Shown in pieces: positions 1 through 13,245 of a stretch of 64,000 nucleotides of DNA. The notes beneath the pieces were generated by a model, which was not told the DNA's origin, did not search any database, and saw only the letters and a program-made list of their open reading frames with translations. Each line of letters starts with the position of its first letter. The stretch's first letter is position 1. This stretch comes from the human T2T-CHM13v2.0 reference genome, Homo sapiens. Where the stretch lies: NCBI RefSeq assembly GCF_009914755.1, contig NC_060925.1; one strand, given 5' to 3'. Both the position numbers and the translations under genes were made by a program.

Positions 1-359
1 CAAAACTAGTCACGTGGCTGTTGGCAAAACATAGAAGATCCACTTCCAAGCTCAGCTCACACATGCAGTTTCTCACCTGTGGGCCTCTCCTTAGGCTGCC
101 TGGGTGTCCTCAGGGCACAGCAGCTGGTGATGAGAGACACAGAAAAGGGGCTGGGAGCTGGTGAGAAATATACCAGAAAAGAGCGCTCAAGACAAAAGCC
201 ATGGTTTTTTGTAACTAAATATCAGAAGTGGCGTCTATCATTTTCGTTCTAGTCTATTTGTTAGAAGGGAATTGCATTCAAGGGAGGATAGGGATTGAAT
301 AAAGGCATGAGTACCAGGAGACAGGGATCATTGAGGGATACTTTAGAAGTTGCCTAACA
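1..359 (-). mobile_element. Old MaLR LTR fragment (MLT1F/G/H-like), cut by window edge
   Basis: Resembles MLT1 consensus blocks: 'gtggctgttggc', 'gggcctctcc..aggctgcctgggtgtcctca', 'aaggcatgagtaccaggag..ggatcattg', ending 'ttgcctaaca'. Subfamily uncertain. Confidence 0.65.
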
Positions 360-714
360 GTAGGGTTAGATGTCCAGGTTTGCAATTACTAAATTTTTCT
401 TTATCCTCATAGCTGGGATATAATATACCTTTTTTTTTTTTTTAGCTTCACTAATGATCTTTCCATAGAACTATGAATTAGGTGCCTAAAGTATTTATCA
501 CATAAATATCCTGGTTATGCTAATACTAAAAACACTGGAACAAACACGATCTTTTGTGGCATGTAACCTCTGTGGCACATCTAAAGTTCCAGTGGACTTA
601 TCTGTGGGCATCTGACTCTATGGAGGGAGCAGGCCCCATGAGCCCCTGCAGAGCAGTGACAGAAGAGGGAACTAACACCCATGATCCTAAGAAGGGGAGG
701 GCCCTGTCCTAGAC

Positions 715-860
715 ATGCTTACATGGATTATCCTAATCTTCACCAAACCCACCAGGAAGGCCCTCTCCCCCTGAATTTATAGATGAAGAAAGTGAATTTA
801 AGTAACTAACTCATGGCCACATAGGTGGAAGATGGCAGCAGAATCAGGATTGGTTTTCCA
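715..860 (-). mobile_element. MIR SINE fragment
   Basis: 'tttatagatgaagaaagtga...aagtaactaactcatggccacatag' resembles the MIR core (antisense). Confidence 0.55.
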
Positions 861-1245
861 AGGTTATGGGGGGGTCCAAAGCCCATGCCATGACCACTGG
901 CATACCATGCTGCATCCATGCCTTATGTCATTGTGTGGGGGCCTTAGTTTTTCCAAAGAAATATTTAATGAACAAATATCACATTCTGGAAAGTTGAAGG
1001 AAATTGGATGTGCAACCAATTTCTAAAAGTTTTGTGAATCAAAATAATAACAATAAATTTGTGTGTACACGTTATGGGCTAAATTATATCACCCAAAATT
1101 CTTATGTTGACACCTAACCCCTAGAACCTCAGATTGTGACCAGACATGGGGATAGGGTCCTAAAAGAGGTGATTAAGTTAAATGATGCCCTTAAGGTGAG
1201 CTCTAATTTGATATGACTGGTGTCCTTATAAAAAGAGAAAATTTG

Positions 1246-1648
<403 letters not shown>

Positions 1649-1714
1649 TCAGGAAAATCTAAATCTGCCAACACCTTGATTTTGGAATTACAGCCTCCAG
1701 AACATAAATTTCTG

Positions 1715-2033
1715 GGCTGGGTGTAGTGGTTCACGCCTATAATCCCAACACTTTGTGAGGCGGAGGTGGGCAGATAGCTTGAGCCCATAAGTTCAAGTCC
1801 AACCTAGGCAACATGGTGAGACCCTGTCTTTACAAAAACTACAAAAAATTAGCCAGGTGTGGTGGTGTGTGCCTGTAGTCCCAGCTACCCAGGAGGCTGA
1901 GGTGGGAGGATCAACTGAGCCCACATGGTAGAGGCTACGGTGAGCCATGATCTCAGCACTGCCCTCCAGCCTGCGTGACAGAGTAAGGCCCTGTCTCAAA
2001 AAAAAAAAAAAAAGAAAAAAAAGAAAAAAGGAA
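1715..2033 (+). mobile_element. AluJ, full length
   Basis: AluJ-type 'gcttgagccca' and 'ggtgggaggatc'; polyA tail; TSD ataaatttctg (1704-1714) / ataaatatctg (2034-2044). Confidence 0.95.
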
Positions 2034-2094
2034 ATAAATATCTGTTGTTTAAGTCCCCCAGTCTATGGTTTTCTGTTATGGCAGCCCAGCGAAC

Positions 2095-2192
2095 ACACAT
2101 GAACATTCATATACATGTACATATATGGAATAACATAGAAGCATATGTCTATATATATGATATAGATATAAATATATATGCATATGTGTATG
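2095..2192. repeat. TA/CA-rich low-complexity tract
   Basis: Degenerate (TA)n/(CATA)n seen directly. Confidence 0.7.
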
Positions 2193-2344
2193 TCAGAATC
2201 CCTTAAGACAAAACAAAATTTTTTACTAAATGTTAACAATATTTTCTACACTGGGAGTTTGTGTTAGGTTAGCTAATAGGTATTATGCTTGATTTCTTCA
2301 CCTGTCATTTTTCAAGAACTTGTGAGGCTCTCTGGTGTTAGGAT

Positions 2345-2640
2345 ATGAGCAAAGAGAATTAGACTCACACTCAGACAAACTGGCTTTAAGTCTTGGCCCT
2401 GTCATTTATTTTCAGCTATATGACCTTGGGCAATATGCTTAGGCTTCCTAAGCCTGTGCTTCCTTATTTTTTGACTTTAGCTAACATTTCTTGAGTACCT
2501 ACTACAGGCCAGACTGCAACTGATCTCTTTTGCATAAATCATCTCAATTTGCAAAGTGTGATAACAATGCCACCTAGCAGGGTTGCTGTGATGATCAAGT
2601 GGGCTGATACTTATGCAAGGGCTCTATAAAATGCACGGAC
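2345..2640 (+). mobile_element. MIR fragments
   Basis: 'agctatatgaccttgggcaa' and 'gggttgctgtgatgatcaagtg' match MIR core and 3' parts. Confidence 0.6.
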
Positions 2641-3095
2641 TCATACAAATACGAAGGTGTGTCATTTTTCTGTTTTCCACATCAGTGCTTCCGAAGGATA
2701 AAACTGTAATTTTGACCTTAGAAACAACTGTTCATCTACTTTTTCTCCAGTTAAATGATCCAGAGGTAATCTAAGAGTTGTACCAATCTTCCCCAGGTTC
2801 AGCTTTAAACCTATCACTCCTCTGCTTAATAAACAAACAAACTTCAAAATTTGAATAATATCCAACATATTTGTGTGATGTATAAATTTAAGGTTTTCAA
2901 CAATCCAGCCTCAACCTAACTTTCCAACTTTATGTCTTATTACATATTCTGCATCAGGTTTTCAACACGATGAAATAACTCCTATTCAAACTCAGAACAT
3001 TGCTTCCTTATATCCTGTGCTAAGGATTCCTGTCTCTAGTCTTTGCAACTGATGATACATATGGAGCATTTAGCAAATAGGCTGGAATATAGTAT

Positions 3096-3875
3096 TGTTA
3101 CTGGGGGTCCTTGCTCCCAGAGCTCCCAAGATGGTGGCGGGCCACTTCCAAAATGGCAGCGGGCCACTTCCAAGATGGTGGCAAGCCTCGTGTTCTCTGA
3201 CCTGGGGTTCTTGGCCTCATGGATTCCAAGGAATGGAATCTTGGGCCATGCGGTGAGTGTTACAGTTCTATTACAAGCCGTGGGTCACGGAAGAGAACTG
3301 TGGAACTCAGTGACTAGTGTTCAGCTCCATTAGGATGAACCCAGGCACTTAGCCATGCAGGAACAATGGCAACCCTTTAGCCCGATCGGGAGCAGCAATG
3401 GGTGCCTCGCTGGATCAGTAGCACAGCGCACACCCTGCCGGATCCAGAGGGATGGAAGTCAGTGACGGGTCTGGGACGGTGGCAAACAGCAATGGTGGAC
3501 GGCAAGCAAAAGCTCTGCTCGAGCTGTAACAAACACGGACCAGAAGAGTGCAGTTGCAAGATTTAATAGAGTGAAATAGAGTGAAAACAGAGCTCCCATA
3601 CAAAGGGAGGGGACCCAAAGGGGGCTGCCGTTGCCGGCTCGAATGCCTGGGTTTATATCCCGATCCTTGTCCCTACCACTGTGCTCTCAGGCAATAGATG
3701 ATTGGCTATTTCTCTACCTCCTGTTTTTGCCTAATTAGCATTTTAGTGAGCTCTCTGATTGGTTGGGTGTGAGCTAAGTTGCAAGCCCCATGTTTAAAGG
3801 TGGATGCGGTCACCTTCCCAACTAGGCTTAGGGATTTTTAGTCGGCCTAGGAAATCCAGCTAGTCCTATCTCTCA
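3096..3875 (-). mobile_element. LTR17 (HERV-W/HERV17) full-length solo LTR, 780 bp
   Basis: Minus strand starts TGAGAGATAGGACTAGCTGGATTTCCTAGGCCGACTAA (HERV-W U3) and ends ..GTAACA. TG..CA termini; 4-bp TSD GTAT at 3092-3095 and 3876-3879; two CCAAT boxes, GATATAAA TATA box (~3652-3659) and ATTAAA polyA signal (~3562-3567) on the minus strand. Confidence 0.97.
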
Positions 3876-4089
3876 GTATGTCCTCAATACTGGTAGCTGC
3901 TATCATTTTTACTACTATTACCATCATTATCATCACTGTCAGTCCTTCTAATCCTATTGAAATATTTCTCCCATGACAAAACTTATAAGTTACAGATGAT
4001 TTCACCCTCCTCCCCATGTCTATAGCTTTATATTCTAACCTTTAGGGGGAAATTTTAGTCTTTTTCTATGATACATTGAAGTTACATAT

Positions 4090-4850
4090 ACTCAACAAAT
4101 AAACATTTATTTATTAAGCACCTACTTGGTGGTAGAACCCGTGTTAGAAAGGATACCCTGGACAAGATTTGTCTTCCCTAAGGGAATTTGCACTCTAGTG
4201 GGGGAAACAGACAGGTAATCAGGCATCACCATGCCTCACCTGGATTGTAGAGACACCTCTGAACTACCCTCTCTGCTTCTACCCTCGCATCTTAGCACAG
4301 CAGATGAATGCACCTTTTAAAATATGCATCTGATTGTGTCCCATTTTTCTGCTAAAAATTGTGCCATGAGTCCCTAATTTACTCAACCGTTTATCTGGCC
4401 CTTCAAAACTCTCCTTCTGACGTGGTCTCCTCCTATTCTCCTTGATGGTTATGTCCCAGCCATACTGGCCGGCCGGCTGTCCCTCCACATTGCCAGGCTT
4501 ATGCTCTCCCTTCACACTCATTGCTCCCTCTGCCTGGAATGCTCTTCCTTGGATATCTGCTTGTCTAACTCCCTCACCTCTTTTAAGTCCCAGTTCAAAT
4601 AGTGCCCTTTCAATGAAGCCCTACCTTAATCACACAATTTAACTTGGCTACTCAGCCACTTTCAACTATCCCTGCTCTATTTCTTCTTGTTGTTGGTTGT
4701 CCCCTTCTAAGAACTATATAATTTACTAATTATGTTAATTGTTAATTGTTAATTGTTGGGCTCTCCCCTCTAGCTCTATGAGGGCAAGGAGCCGGAATAT
4801 ATTTTGTTGTTAACTAATGTATCTTATGGACCTAAAAGAGTGCAATGAAG
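4090..4850. mobile_element. L2 LINE 3' fragments in both orientations
   Basis: 'caacaaataaacatttatttattaagcacctact' (L2 tail, antisense) and 'gctccctctgcctggaatgctcttcc' (L2 3' region, sense). Confidence 0.7.
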
Positions 4851-4913
4851 CAAAGTTGAGGCTCAATTTTTAGCTTCCTAATTTTTGTAGCCTCAAAGTA
4901 CCTGTTATAGGGA

Positions 4914-4959
4914 CTTTGTGAGAATGTAAGCTCAAAATGACTGATTGACAAGTGGAGCT
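4914..4959 (+). repeat. 46-bp dispersed direct repeat, copy 1 (copy 2 at 5912-5957)
   Basis: ctttgtgagaatgtaagctcaaaatgactgattgacaagtggagct; 43/46 identical to copy 2. Confidence 0.9.
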
Positions 4960-5114
4960 CCAGATTGTGAAGCTAGGAGGTGTTGAATAAATAATTGTTA
5001 TTGAATCACTTTCAGTCTCCTTAACCGTATTTCTAGTGTTTTCAGGAGGTTTCATTGTTCTAGGATTCATTTTTATGTTTTCACATTTCTAGTAGAATGT
5101 ATTTCAAACAGATT

Positions 5115-5116
5115 GC

Positions 5117-5156
<40 letters not shown>
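5115..5156. repeat. (GT)18 microsatellite with a short GC lead-in
   Basis: Pure GT run at 5121-5156. Confidence 0.98.
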
Positions 5157-5157
<1 letters not shown>

Positions 5158-5911
5158 TGACCTTTCAGGACTTCAGGTATTACCTTGTGACCATTGAAGT
5201 TCTAAGGAAAAGTTTTGCTTTTAAGTTTTATGAAAGTCATCAAAGTACACATTCACCTCACATTTTTCAGGACTCTTTTTTTTGTATATGAGGCATTAAC
5301 ATACATAGTGGCCGTTTGTTGTTGGTCAAACAACATGTATCTAAAAACATATTAGAGAGGCAACACCAATTCAACTTAGCAAATAATTAATGAACATTGA
5401 CAATGTGAAATATTTTTTACAGGTTTTACAAAACGCTACAGGTTTTTCCAAACGCTTCTGCTCTAAAGTTGTGTTTAACCTCCTGGGTGAGAGAAACATA
5501 TGGACAACACACTGTAATATAAAACAAATATAAGAACCAGAAGAAAGACACAAAGTAGTGTAGGGTGAATCAGCGAACTGTGCACATCTGAAAAGAAACA
5601 TTCATCTTTCTGTACTCTTCACGAAAACCCCTGCCCTAGGCAAGCTCTCTCCATAAACAAGTTAACAACCGATTAACCAGAAATTCTATTAACCAGAATG
5701 CCTTGCTCCTCAAACTTGTCCTCTAACAAAGGATTTAGTGTTCTTTCATTCTTTTGTGTATCTATGCTATGTTTGAGTAGTATGAAAGGCATTGTAAGAA
5801 TTAACTGAAGCTAGACTTTAAAGCTGATCACAGTTATTCAGTAACTTGAGTCCCCCTCCTCTGCTCCCCTCCCCCACCTTGATGGATTTAGACAGGGGCT
5901 GCTCTGAGTTC

Positions 5912-5957
5912 CTTTGTGAGCATGTAAGCTCAGAATGACTGATTGACAAGTGAAGCT
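5912..5957 (+). repeat. 46-bp dispersed direct repeat, copy 2
   Basis: ctttgtgagcatgtaagctcagaatgactgattgacaagtgaagct. Confidence 0.9.
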
Positions 5958-8559
5958 TTTTCCTTTTCTGGGGGAAAAGAAATTTCCAGGGTCATGCTCC
6001 TTGTATTTGCAAAGAGCTCTAAAAGCTCCAGAGAGTGAAAAGAGTCAAAATTGACTTCTTGCTGATGATCACAAACTTCATGACAGGGAAAAGGGAAAAA
6101 AAAGGGGGGGAGAGATTGAGGCTGTGATGCAGAATGTCAGGATAACTACCAAGGAGGATGATTTCAAAACAGGCCTCTAGACAAATAGGAAGTTAGATAC
6201 TCAACTAGAAACTACAGGCATTAGAGGACAGAAGCTGAAGAACTTCAACCCCAATCAAGATAGTGTCTGCAATAGCAGGCTGTCAGGAAAGAAGGGTGAC
6301 AGTCTGCTGTGCATGGCTTTCTTTAAGGAAGACACAATGCCCATTAGAGTTTCCATAGACTTGCCATTCCTTCAATATTAAACTGTGTACATCCTGGTGC
6401 TTGTTTCAGTTGTTCTAGGGGGAAAAAAGCTATATTTCTACTACCCATATTCATATGCCTATAAAGTATATCTATCTGTATTCTAATACTCATCTTGATT
6501 TATTCATAAAGGCCTGCAAAATGGATGCTCTAGTGAGGAAATGTTTTAGCTCTTCATATCTCTTCTGTGGTCATTTTCAAAACTGAATGACTAAAAAGGT
6601 GGGAGTTTCAAGCTCCATTCACTTTGGGAGCAAAAAAAAAAAAAAGAGTTCTATATACTTCAGGTCCTCATTTCTAACAACAAAGTCTGGGATTTTGAAG
6701 AGGGGTATTTTTATCCTCAGGAAATAATCTTCTTTAGAAAAAAAAATCTGAAAAAAAACCTAGTTATACACGTATGTGTTTAAGCCTTTATATTGAGAAG
6801 GGAGATTATTAGCATAGTGGTTTGAGAAAATAAGTAGGATTCCTGTTTAATGAAACCCATTTTCATTACTGCTTGATTTCGTGACTAGATAGCCAAGGGC
6901 AGTAAGGGAACAGAAGCTGGTGCTGAGTGGGGCTGTTTCCAAGTCTGAGAGAAATGAGCTGATTACTCAGAAGTCACAAGGAAGCAAAGTGAGAAGCTGG
7001 TAGAGTTATGTACAAGGACACACGGACCTCAAAAGTTATAAAAAGAGACTCTGAGAGGGCAACATGAAAAAGGGATCTATTCCAACAGGTTTCAACCATA
7101 TATCTGACATCTGGAATGCTTTTCTGACCCGAGCTGCTGATTCAGTTTCAGGTGCATTGCCCTTTCCATAATTTTACCACTAATAAATATGGTTTGCTCA
7201 CCAGTGAGAATAAAAACCTTATAGCTTTCATGCTATAAGATTCCTAGGAATTCATTTCACCTTGGAAAATCTCTAGTTTTACAATCAGAGTTCAGAAATT
7301 AAAAAAAACTATGTGTTTGTTTAGCTTTGCACAAAGAAAGTACCAAATGCATAGGAATCATGAATTGTTAATGAGAATGTAAATAGGCATGAAAAAGGAA
7401 AATTTCATTTATTAGTGCACATTTAGGGAATAGCCTTTATCCAGGGATGCAAAGCATGAGTGTAAGATTTGGTTCATCTCTCAAGAAAAACAGTTCACAT
7501 CATCACAGCCCTGTCTAACCAACTACAAAATGTAGAGTAAATACACACCTCACATTTGACAGAGGTATATTAAATGATTTAATTCAATCATTGATGTAAA
7601 GGGCATTGAGTTATTTGAATAAATAAGATCATACAAGTGGGAAGTATCATAAACTTTCACTTCCATATATCACTTATGATCCCCCAATCGTCAAACAAGA
7701 TCTGTACAGAAGTGGTTTCCCCATAAATCATTTTCTGAACATAAAGTTAAAAATCCCAAATGCCCTGGAAAACGTAAAGAATATCTACGCTATATAATTA
7801 GTTGAGAATGGAGTTGTGCTAGTCACTCCTCCAGAACCAACACTGTCATCCAGCCTCTGAAAACATTCAATCAAGTCATCCTATTGTTTACAAATCAGAT
7901 GCAAACCAAAATACTGCAAGGTTTGCCTGTTCTTCAAATAGCTACACTTCTGGCATTATTTCACAGCAAACTGGAAATACAGAGATTTGAGAGTTTTCCC
8001 TGTTGTTGCTAATCTTCCCACTCCAAATTATGCTGCTGCTTCTGTATTTTCTGCTACATTTGCTCTTTTGCAGGTGGAGCTGACAATTCGAGGTCACACT
8101 GGGTCGTCAATGGCAAGCTGACAGTAGGACATGGCTGTTTGAGCTAAGTTACTAATAAGTGAACCCATGGAGTGCTATTTCATTAGCGGATATATCATTA
8201 AAAGCATCACCTCCATGACTTACTCATTGTTCTTTGCCCAGCCTGGCCCCTGCCTTGAAGCCTTAAAAATAAAGAAACCATGCTAGCTTAGTGAAGGGCT
8301 GGGACCAGCTAATTAGTGGCCCCCTTCCTGCATACTCTCTTTTCTCTATAGCACAGAGAAAGAACACCTCCTTCCCTACCCACAACTATAGTTATGAATA
8401 GATTTGTTTCAGGAAAAGGGAAGGAAGAGTATAGGAGACAATGGTCAAACCCAGGAAAATAAAATCAGAAATCTAGGGAGACAGCATCCTGGGTCCAGGG
8501 GCTCAGGACTCAGTGACTATAATGTTGGTATTTTTTGGTTTGTGTATACAAGCTGTCAT

Positions 8560-8790
8560 TGAAGTCAAGCAGCCCAGGATATAAGCCCTGTCTTCACCAC
8601 TTGCTAGCTCTGTGAACTCGGGCAAATTACTTGCTTTCTCTGACCCTCACTTTCCACATTTTTAAAATGGAGATAATAAAAACTTCTATCTCAAATAAGA
8701 TAATAGATAAAGTACTTAGCACAAATGTAAACATCTATCTCAAATAAGGTAATAAATAAAGTACTTAGCAAAAATGCTTAACTATTGCCA
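8560..8790 (+). mobile_element. MIR with an internal 49-bp-period tandem duplication
   Basis: MIR core 'ccacttgctagctctgtgaactcgggcaaattactt..tttaaaatggagataat'; 'tctatctcaaataag.taata.ataaagtacttagca.aaatg' starts at both 8685 and 8734. Confidence 0.75.
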
Positions 8791-9283
8791 TTAACTTCAA
8801 AGTTTGGCATCAACATCTCTAAAATGGCTCAAATATTTCTTGCTCTGGATGTCTATTGAGATATTCTAAATTTCTCATCCCCTAATGACATCATTGTCAG
8901 CCTGAGTTCAGTTCCCAAACTTTGTGCTCTCTAAAGACTTATTTTTCACAGCACTGATTAATCTGTGTTATCTCCTTTTCAGGACTCTAAAACACTTGAG
9001 AACAGACACAGCTGTAAACAAAGTCACAAATTTTTCAATATGGCTTACTAAGAATGTTATCTATGGCCACAGAACTGAGCCAAGACAGTTGGACATGGTG
9101 TGACATAGAAAGTAGACCTGAGAAGCTCTTCATTTATTTATTCAACACACACTTGAGAATTTACTATATACCATGCACTGGAGATAGAGTGGTGAGCAAG
9201 ATATAGATTTGTTATCATTGTAATAAATGCTTATAGTGAGTCATAGTCTTGAGGCGAAGAGAAGTTTTCCTTAGGAAATGATA

Positions 9284-9760
9284 TGTTAGGAAGCTATCGC
9301 TGCAATTAATATTCCATAATAAACCAGGCCTAAACTATCCCAAAACATAGTAACTTTCAACAGCGAGCATTTCTTACTTCCTTCACAGGTCTGTGGGCTG
9401 TTGGGGCAAGTTCTGCTTTGGACTCTGGGTTGGTTGGACGTGGCTACAGGTTTCAGGTCAGGTGCATGTTCACTCTGTGTATCTCATTCTGGGGCCTAGG
9501 GTGAAGGAGCAACAAATACCTAGGATTTGCCCTCCTCATAATGAGCAGAGGAGCCCAAGTAGTCAAATACCATTTCACAAGCACATTTAAGGTCTTTATT
9601 CACATCATATGCCCTAATATTTCAATGACTTCAAGCAAGTCATATAACCAAGCCTAACATCAATGAGATGGGAAGTATACCCCACCTACTCTAGTTCTCT
9701 GCAAAGTTCCATAGCAAAGGTAGTAAGTGAATAACAGCAAAAAGTAATCTAATATACCTC
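9284..9760 (-). mobile_element. Old MaLR LTR (MLT1G/H/J-like) next to an L2 remnant
   Basis: MLT1-like blocks 'cccaaaacatagtaactt.caacag..catttctt' and 'agcaagtcatataaccaagcctaacatcaatg..gggaagtatac'. Confidence 0.6.
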
Positions 9761-11722
9761 AAGTGACAATTGCACAAAAAACTTAAAGTGTAAACAAACA
9801 TTAGCAACGTAGAGGAGAATTCAGCAGGACTAACATGATGGAACTAACTGTTCCATCAATTTAGACGATTGGCAATTATTTCCAGATACTACTTTATATG
9901 TCACATCTTTAAGATACTATTAATAGCCAATAACTCTCTAGCCCCCCTGCCATGTTCCTTGAAGGGTTGAATAATACAACCCAATAGTTATATGGAGTGT
10001 GTTGGGGAACATTTTTTTCTATTTCTAAGGAGAATTCTTTGAGCCCTAAAGAACTAGATAAGACAATATGAATACACATTACAAATCGTAGCACTTATTC
10101 TCCTTAATTGAAATGTATGAGTACTGAGGAACAAGGGTAAAAGTAGGATTTGTCTATCTATCATTGTGACAAATGGGCAGTTTATCGCTTTGCATTTGCT
10201 CAGCAGTGCAGGAAAAGGGTGTAAGTTCAGAAAAATCTATTTCCCACAGAGCAATTATCAATTTTAATATTAAATTTTAAAATGATTTTTAATTTATCAA
10301 CTGGTCCCGTAATTCAGGGTTGGAACTGTCAGATCTCTGCCTTGCATATTAGGCTAATGATGGGTCATATCCAAAGTCCATAGATAATGAACATTTTGTA
10401 AATCTGTAATACAGTTCTGTTTTTTTCTCGTTGTAAATTAATTGATCTTTTTGCCATTAGGGAGACCATCAATTGCTCTACTTTTCTCTCTTCCTCTTTC
10501 ACTTCTTTTTGGTTCAAATTCAAAGCAAATCATTCCAAAATAAAACCCAATTTTAATTAAAGCTACCCTAGTCCCTGGAAAGGTAGCATTCTCTTGCTTC
10601 ACCCGGACTTTGAAAGTTTCCTGCTTTCACGCAGTGTTGAAAAAGCAATAAAACAGAGGTGAGTGGCTTTAAAATGAGAGGTCAAAAATTGGCCTCCTTT
10701 TGCACCCCACTCTCTTGGCAGTGGAACCTTCCTCTTGTCTACAGTTCAGACTCCGAGACAAAATTTGCATTTGGTAAAACCACAGACCTAAGTCAACTTG
10801 TACTCACCAAATCTCACACATAAGAAGCTAAGGCTACCACCGAGACCAGAGCCCTCTGCTTGGCTCTGATTTGATATGCGAGATTCAAATGTGTTTGAGG
10901 AAGTCCAATATTAAAAGGCATCAGTGTGCATTTTAATTAACAACACTTAATTTTCCCTCAATGCTTATGAATTGTCCTATTCAGTCTAAGATAATACTCT
11001 CCTAGTCAGATCAAAGGTGGTACTTTCCTATCCAGGTCTAAGATGTTGTTTGCTATCCAGCTCTAAGAGAACATATACAATAAAATGATTGATACTCTCT
11101 TTACTAATCAGGTAAAATTACTGAGAAATCAATATACCATATTAATTCCTAGCCTTCCACATAACTTCTGAAAATCCAAATATGCCATGATTTCCTTTTT
11201 TTTCCTACCTTTCAGAATTGATCTAATGTCTCTAAAAGCCTATCACACAGTGAAGAACTGAACAAAGTGATTAGTAGATTACCGTCAAGATTAATGAATA
11301 CAAAGATAAGCTCCTTGTACCAACTATCTTTGGCAAAAATATTTTTATCATTTTTTATGGAAATAAGAACAACCCTCTATACAATAAATAGTATAATTTT
11401 CTCCTCAACTTAATGCAACACGATAGACCTAAAGTTCTGTGAAAGTACACGCAGCATCTGCTTTAGTCAATTCACCATCCCAGGCACCTTGCACAATATC
11501 TAGCACATGTGAGGCATCGAAATATTACATGAATGATTAGATAAATACTTAAGTATATAAACATATAAATGGACAGATAAATGACTTTTAAGCCAGCCCA
11601 AGACTGTTTGATAACACAAAATAACCCAAATCAGAAGAAAGAAAAGAAAACCTGGTTATTTGTAAAAGGTGTGATATTTTCCCCCAAAAGATAAAAAATC
11701 CAAGGTCAGTTTTTGCCCCCAG

Positions 11723-11807
11723 GGAAAGAAAAGACCAATGCCAGCATCCCAGCAGTCACCGGAAGTTCCCCAGTGTATGCAGACCTGATGGAGGAGAGAA
11801 AATTGAG
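11723..11807 (+). other. Candidate spliced exon (85 nt)
   Basis: Acceptor 'tttttgcccccag|' and donor 'GAG|gtgaga'. No protein recognised. Confidence 0.25.
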
Positions 11808-13105
11808 GTGAGAAAATAGATTTCATTTTTGAGTTTTAGAGTAGTTGTTATAAGTAATAGGGAAGAAATAATTATTTTTTAAATGATAAGCACTACCTGG
11901 TCAATGTAACAATCTTCTATTTAAATGTAACTTTGTAAAATGTGGCTATTTGATGGGTACATAGTTCTACCATGCTGGATGTCTTAGGTCAGGAAGTACA
12001 AAAAACAATCACAATAACCAAAACACGTCAGGCAATAAGTTACTGGTTGTCATTGTCATTTACCTAAGAGCATAGTGGGAGGACATCTCTGCTCTTTTCA
12101 GACAATAACAATTCTTTTAAAGAGAGGATTTTTATTCCCTTTGGGCAAAACGAAGACTAAAGATTTTTTTACATCAAGACTTTTGGTGGCATGTTTTAGT
12201 TTGAGATTTTTGTTTCCCTTTTTGAGAACTTTCAACCTCTTCAACCACAGAAAAACAAATAACCAAGAGATAACATCACAAACAGGAATCTAGCAGCCCT
12301 GGAAATTGGAATCTGGCCTTCTCGTCCTCAGCACAAAATTCAGATCTCCAGATATATTCCAGACCCTGCCTTTTAACTGACTCTTTGTCATCTACCCTTC
12401 TCATCCCCACATCTTCCCAGCCCACAATTTCATTGTAGCACCTCGTGCACAGAACTCTTTCAAAAAGGAACAGGGAAAAACACCTCTAGCTGTACTCTTT
12501 ACAGCTCTGCATTCCTTTGCATCAATTAAAACAAACTGCTACAGGAGACTGGAGCACTCAGCAGTCTCCTTGCTCAGCCAACCTGAAGAAATCAGAGAGG
12601 AGTCCCAACAAAAAAAGGCAGAATAGGTTTAGCAGATAAATAGACTGGACGCATTTTCCCTTGAAACCTTCTGGGGCTCATTTACCACAATCTTAGTCTC
12701 CAATAAAGAACTGACTTCAGGCTTTGTAAAGCATGATGCCCCTTAAACACCAGACAATTGGGCTTATTTAACATGGAAGAAGAATTGTCTCTAAAAACCC
12801 ACCTGAGGGTTGCAATAATATTCCACTATCTATGTCAGAGCCAAAGATCTGAAAACAGACCTTCATTCCAGACAGAGGCTCTGATAATTGAGTGTAAAGT
12901 GGCTTTGGAAATAGATACTAATCCTTGAGTTTAAAAAGTCCAGTGCAACTAAAGATGGACAGGAGAACCAAGGACTGATGGAAGCCGCCACATGACATTG
13001 TTCAAGGGGCCTACACACCCTGATAAATAAGAAGTAGAGGTTTTTGTGCATTTCTTGAAATAACTCAATTGTGTATGTGTGTGTGTGTATATATATTTGA
13101 GTGTG

Positions 13106-13245
13106 TACAGTCCTCATGATGTGAGCATGGAGAGGCCGTGGTTCTCATGCTGGTACCTAGGCAGGTGTCCATAATAGTTTAACTGGTTTAGGCTTTGAGG
13201 GTGCCCTGGCCAGACATCCTACTATGTTCACCTATGAAATGAACA
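13106..13245 (+). repeat. ~140-bp dispersed direct repeat, copy 1 (copy 2 at 15437-15575)
   Basis: Colinear with copy 2; shared blocks 'atggagaggcc', 'tctcatgctggtacctaggcag', 'taggctttga.ggtgccct', 'gacatcctact.tgttcacct.tgaaatgaaca'. Confidence 0.92.

Noticed and set aside
3043-3618. ORFs overlapping LTR17
   Set aside because: They lie within a solo LTR; no gag, pol or env sequence flanks it.
8041-8130. Strong acceptor 'ttgctcttttgcag|' at 8073 (similarly 11215 and 36220)
   Set aside because: No convincing paired donor or recognisable reading frame; isolated acceptor-like sites are common in introns.
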